Assembly (NCBI RefSeq): GCF_018350175.1
Contig: NC_058368.1
Coordinates: 6,944,001-7,008,000 of the forward strand
Direction: 5' to 3'
DNA: 64,000 nucleotides
Origin: Felis catus
Taxonomy: Eukaryota
How positions within the stretch are numbered: position 1 is the stretch's first letter; each line of letters opens with the position of its first letter. The notes beneath the pieces were generated by a model. It saw only the letters and a list, made by a program, of their open reading frames with translations, was not told where the DNA came from and did no database searches. Made by a program: the position numbers and the translations under genes. Below, one piece after another: positions 63,539 to 64,000 of the stretch.

Positions 63539-64000
63539 ATTTTTGTTGTGCATTCTATGGGTTTTAGCAAATGTATAATGACATATGTCCACCATTACAG
63601 GATCACACAGCATAGTTTCCTTACCTTGGAAGATCCCCTGTGCTCTGCCTGTTCATCCGTCCCTCTCTCCCTCCCTCCTAACTCCTGGCAACCACCAATC
63701 TTGTTACTGTCTCTATAGTTTCGCCTTTCGCAAAATATCATACATGTAGTTGGAATCCAGCATGTAGAATTGGTTTCTTTCGCTTAGTAATATGCATTTA
63801 AGTTTCCCTCCTGTCTTTTCATGGCTTGATAGCTGTTTTCTTTCCACTGCTGCGTAATATTCCATTGTGAGATGCGCCACCGTTTGTGTATCCATTCACT
63901 CACTGAAGGAAATCTTGGTTGCTTCCAAGTTTCGGCTATAAAGCTGCCGTAAACATTGTAGCAGGATTCTCGCACAGAGAGTCATGATGTTGAGGTTTTT
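63539..64000 (-). mobile_element. L1MB/MC-like 3' end
   Basis: ttgtgcattctatgggtttt, ctcctggcaaccaccaatc, cttagtaatatgcatttaag, gaaggaaatcttggttgcttccaagttt. Confidence 0.8.

Overview
Mammalian genomic DNA, almost certainly felid (dense tRNA-derived Can-SINEs of the SINEC_Fc type plus an L1_Fc-like 3' end). The window is syntenic with the RPL21-RASL11A locus. Two intact + strand genes are present. RPL21 has a non-coding TCT/5'TOP exon 1 and 5 coding exons that splice to 160 aa, and it hosts intronic SNORD102 and SNORA27. RASL11A has 4 coding exons giving 242 aa and a CpG-island promoter. The remainder is mostly SINE/LINE/LTR/DNA-transposon relics and two large simple-repeat expansions. The most interesting unexplained signal lies at ~350-14,810 on the minus strand, head-to-head with RPL21: a chain of non-repetitive, splice-site-bounded segments with protein-like but stop/frameshift-ridden reading frames. 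Two of these frames rejoin in register when ancient L1 insertions are removed at short degenerate target-site duplications. This looks like the fossil of a large multi-exon gene (a candidate unitary pseudogene) whose product I could not name. Repeat family names come from recognising consensus features by eye, not from RepeatMasker, and repeat boundaries are approximate.
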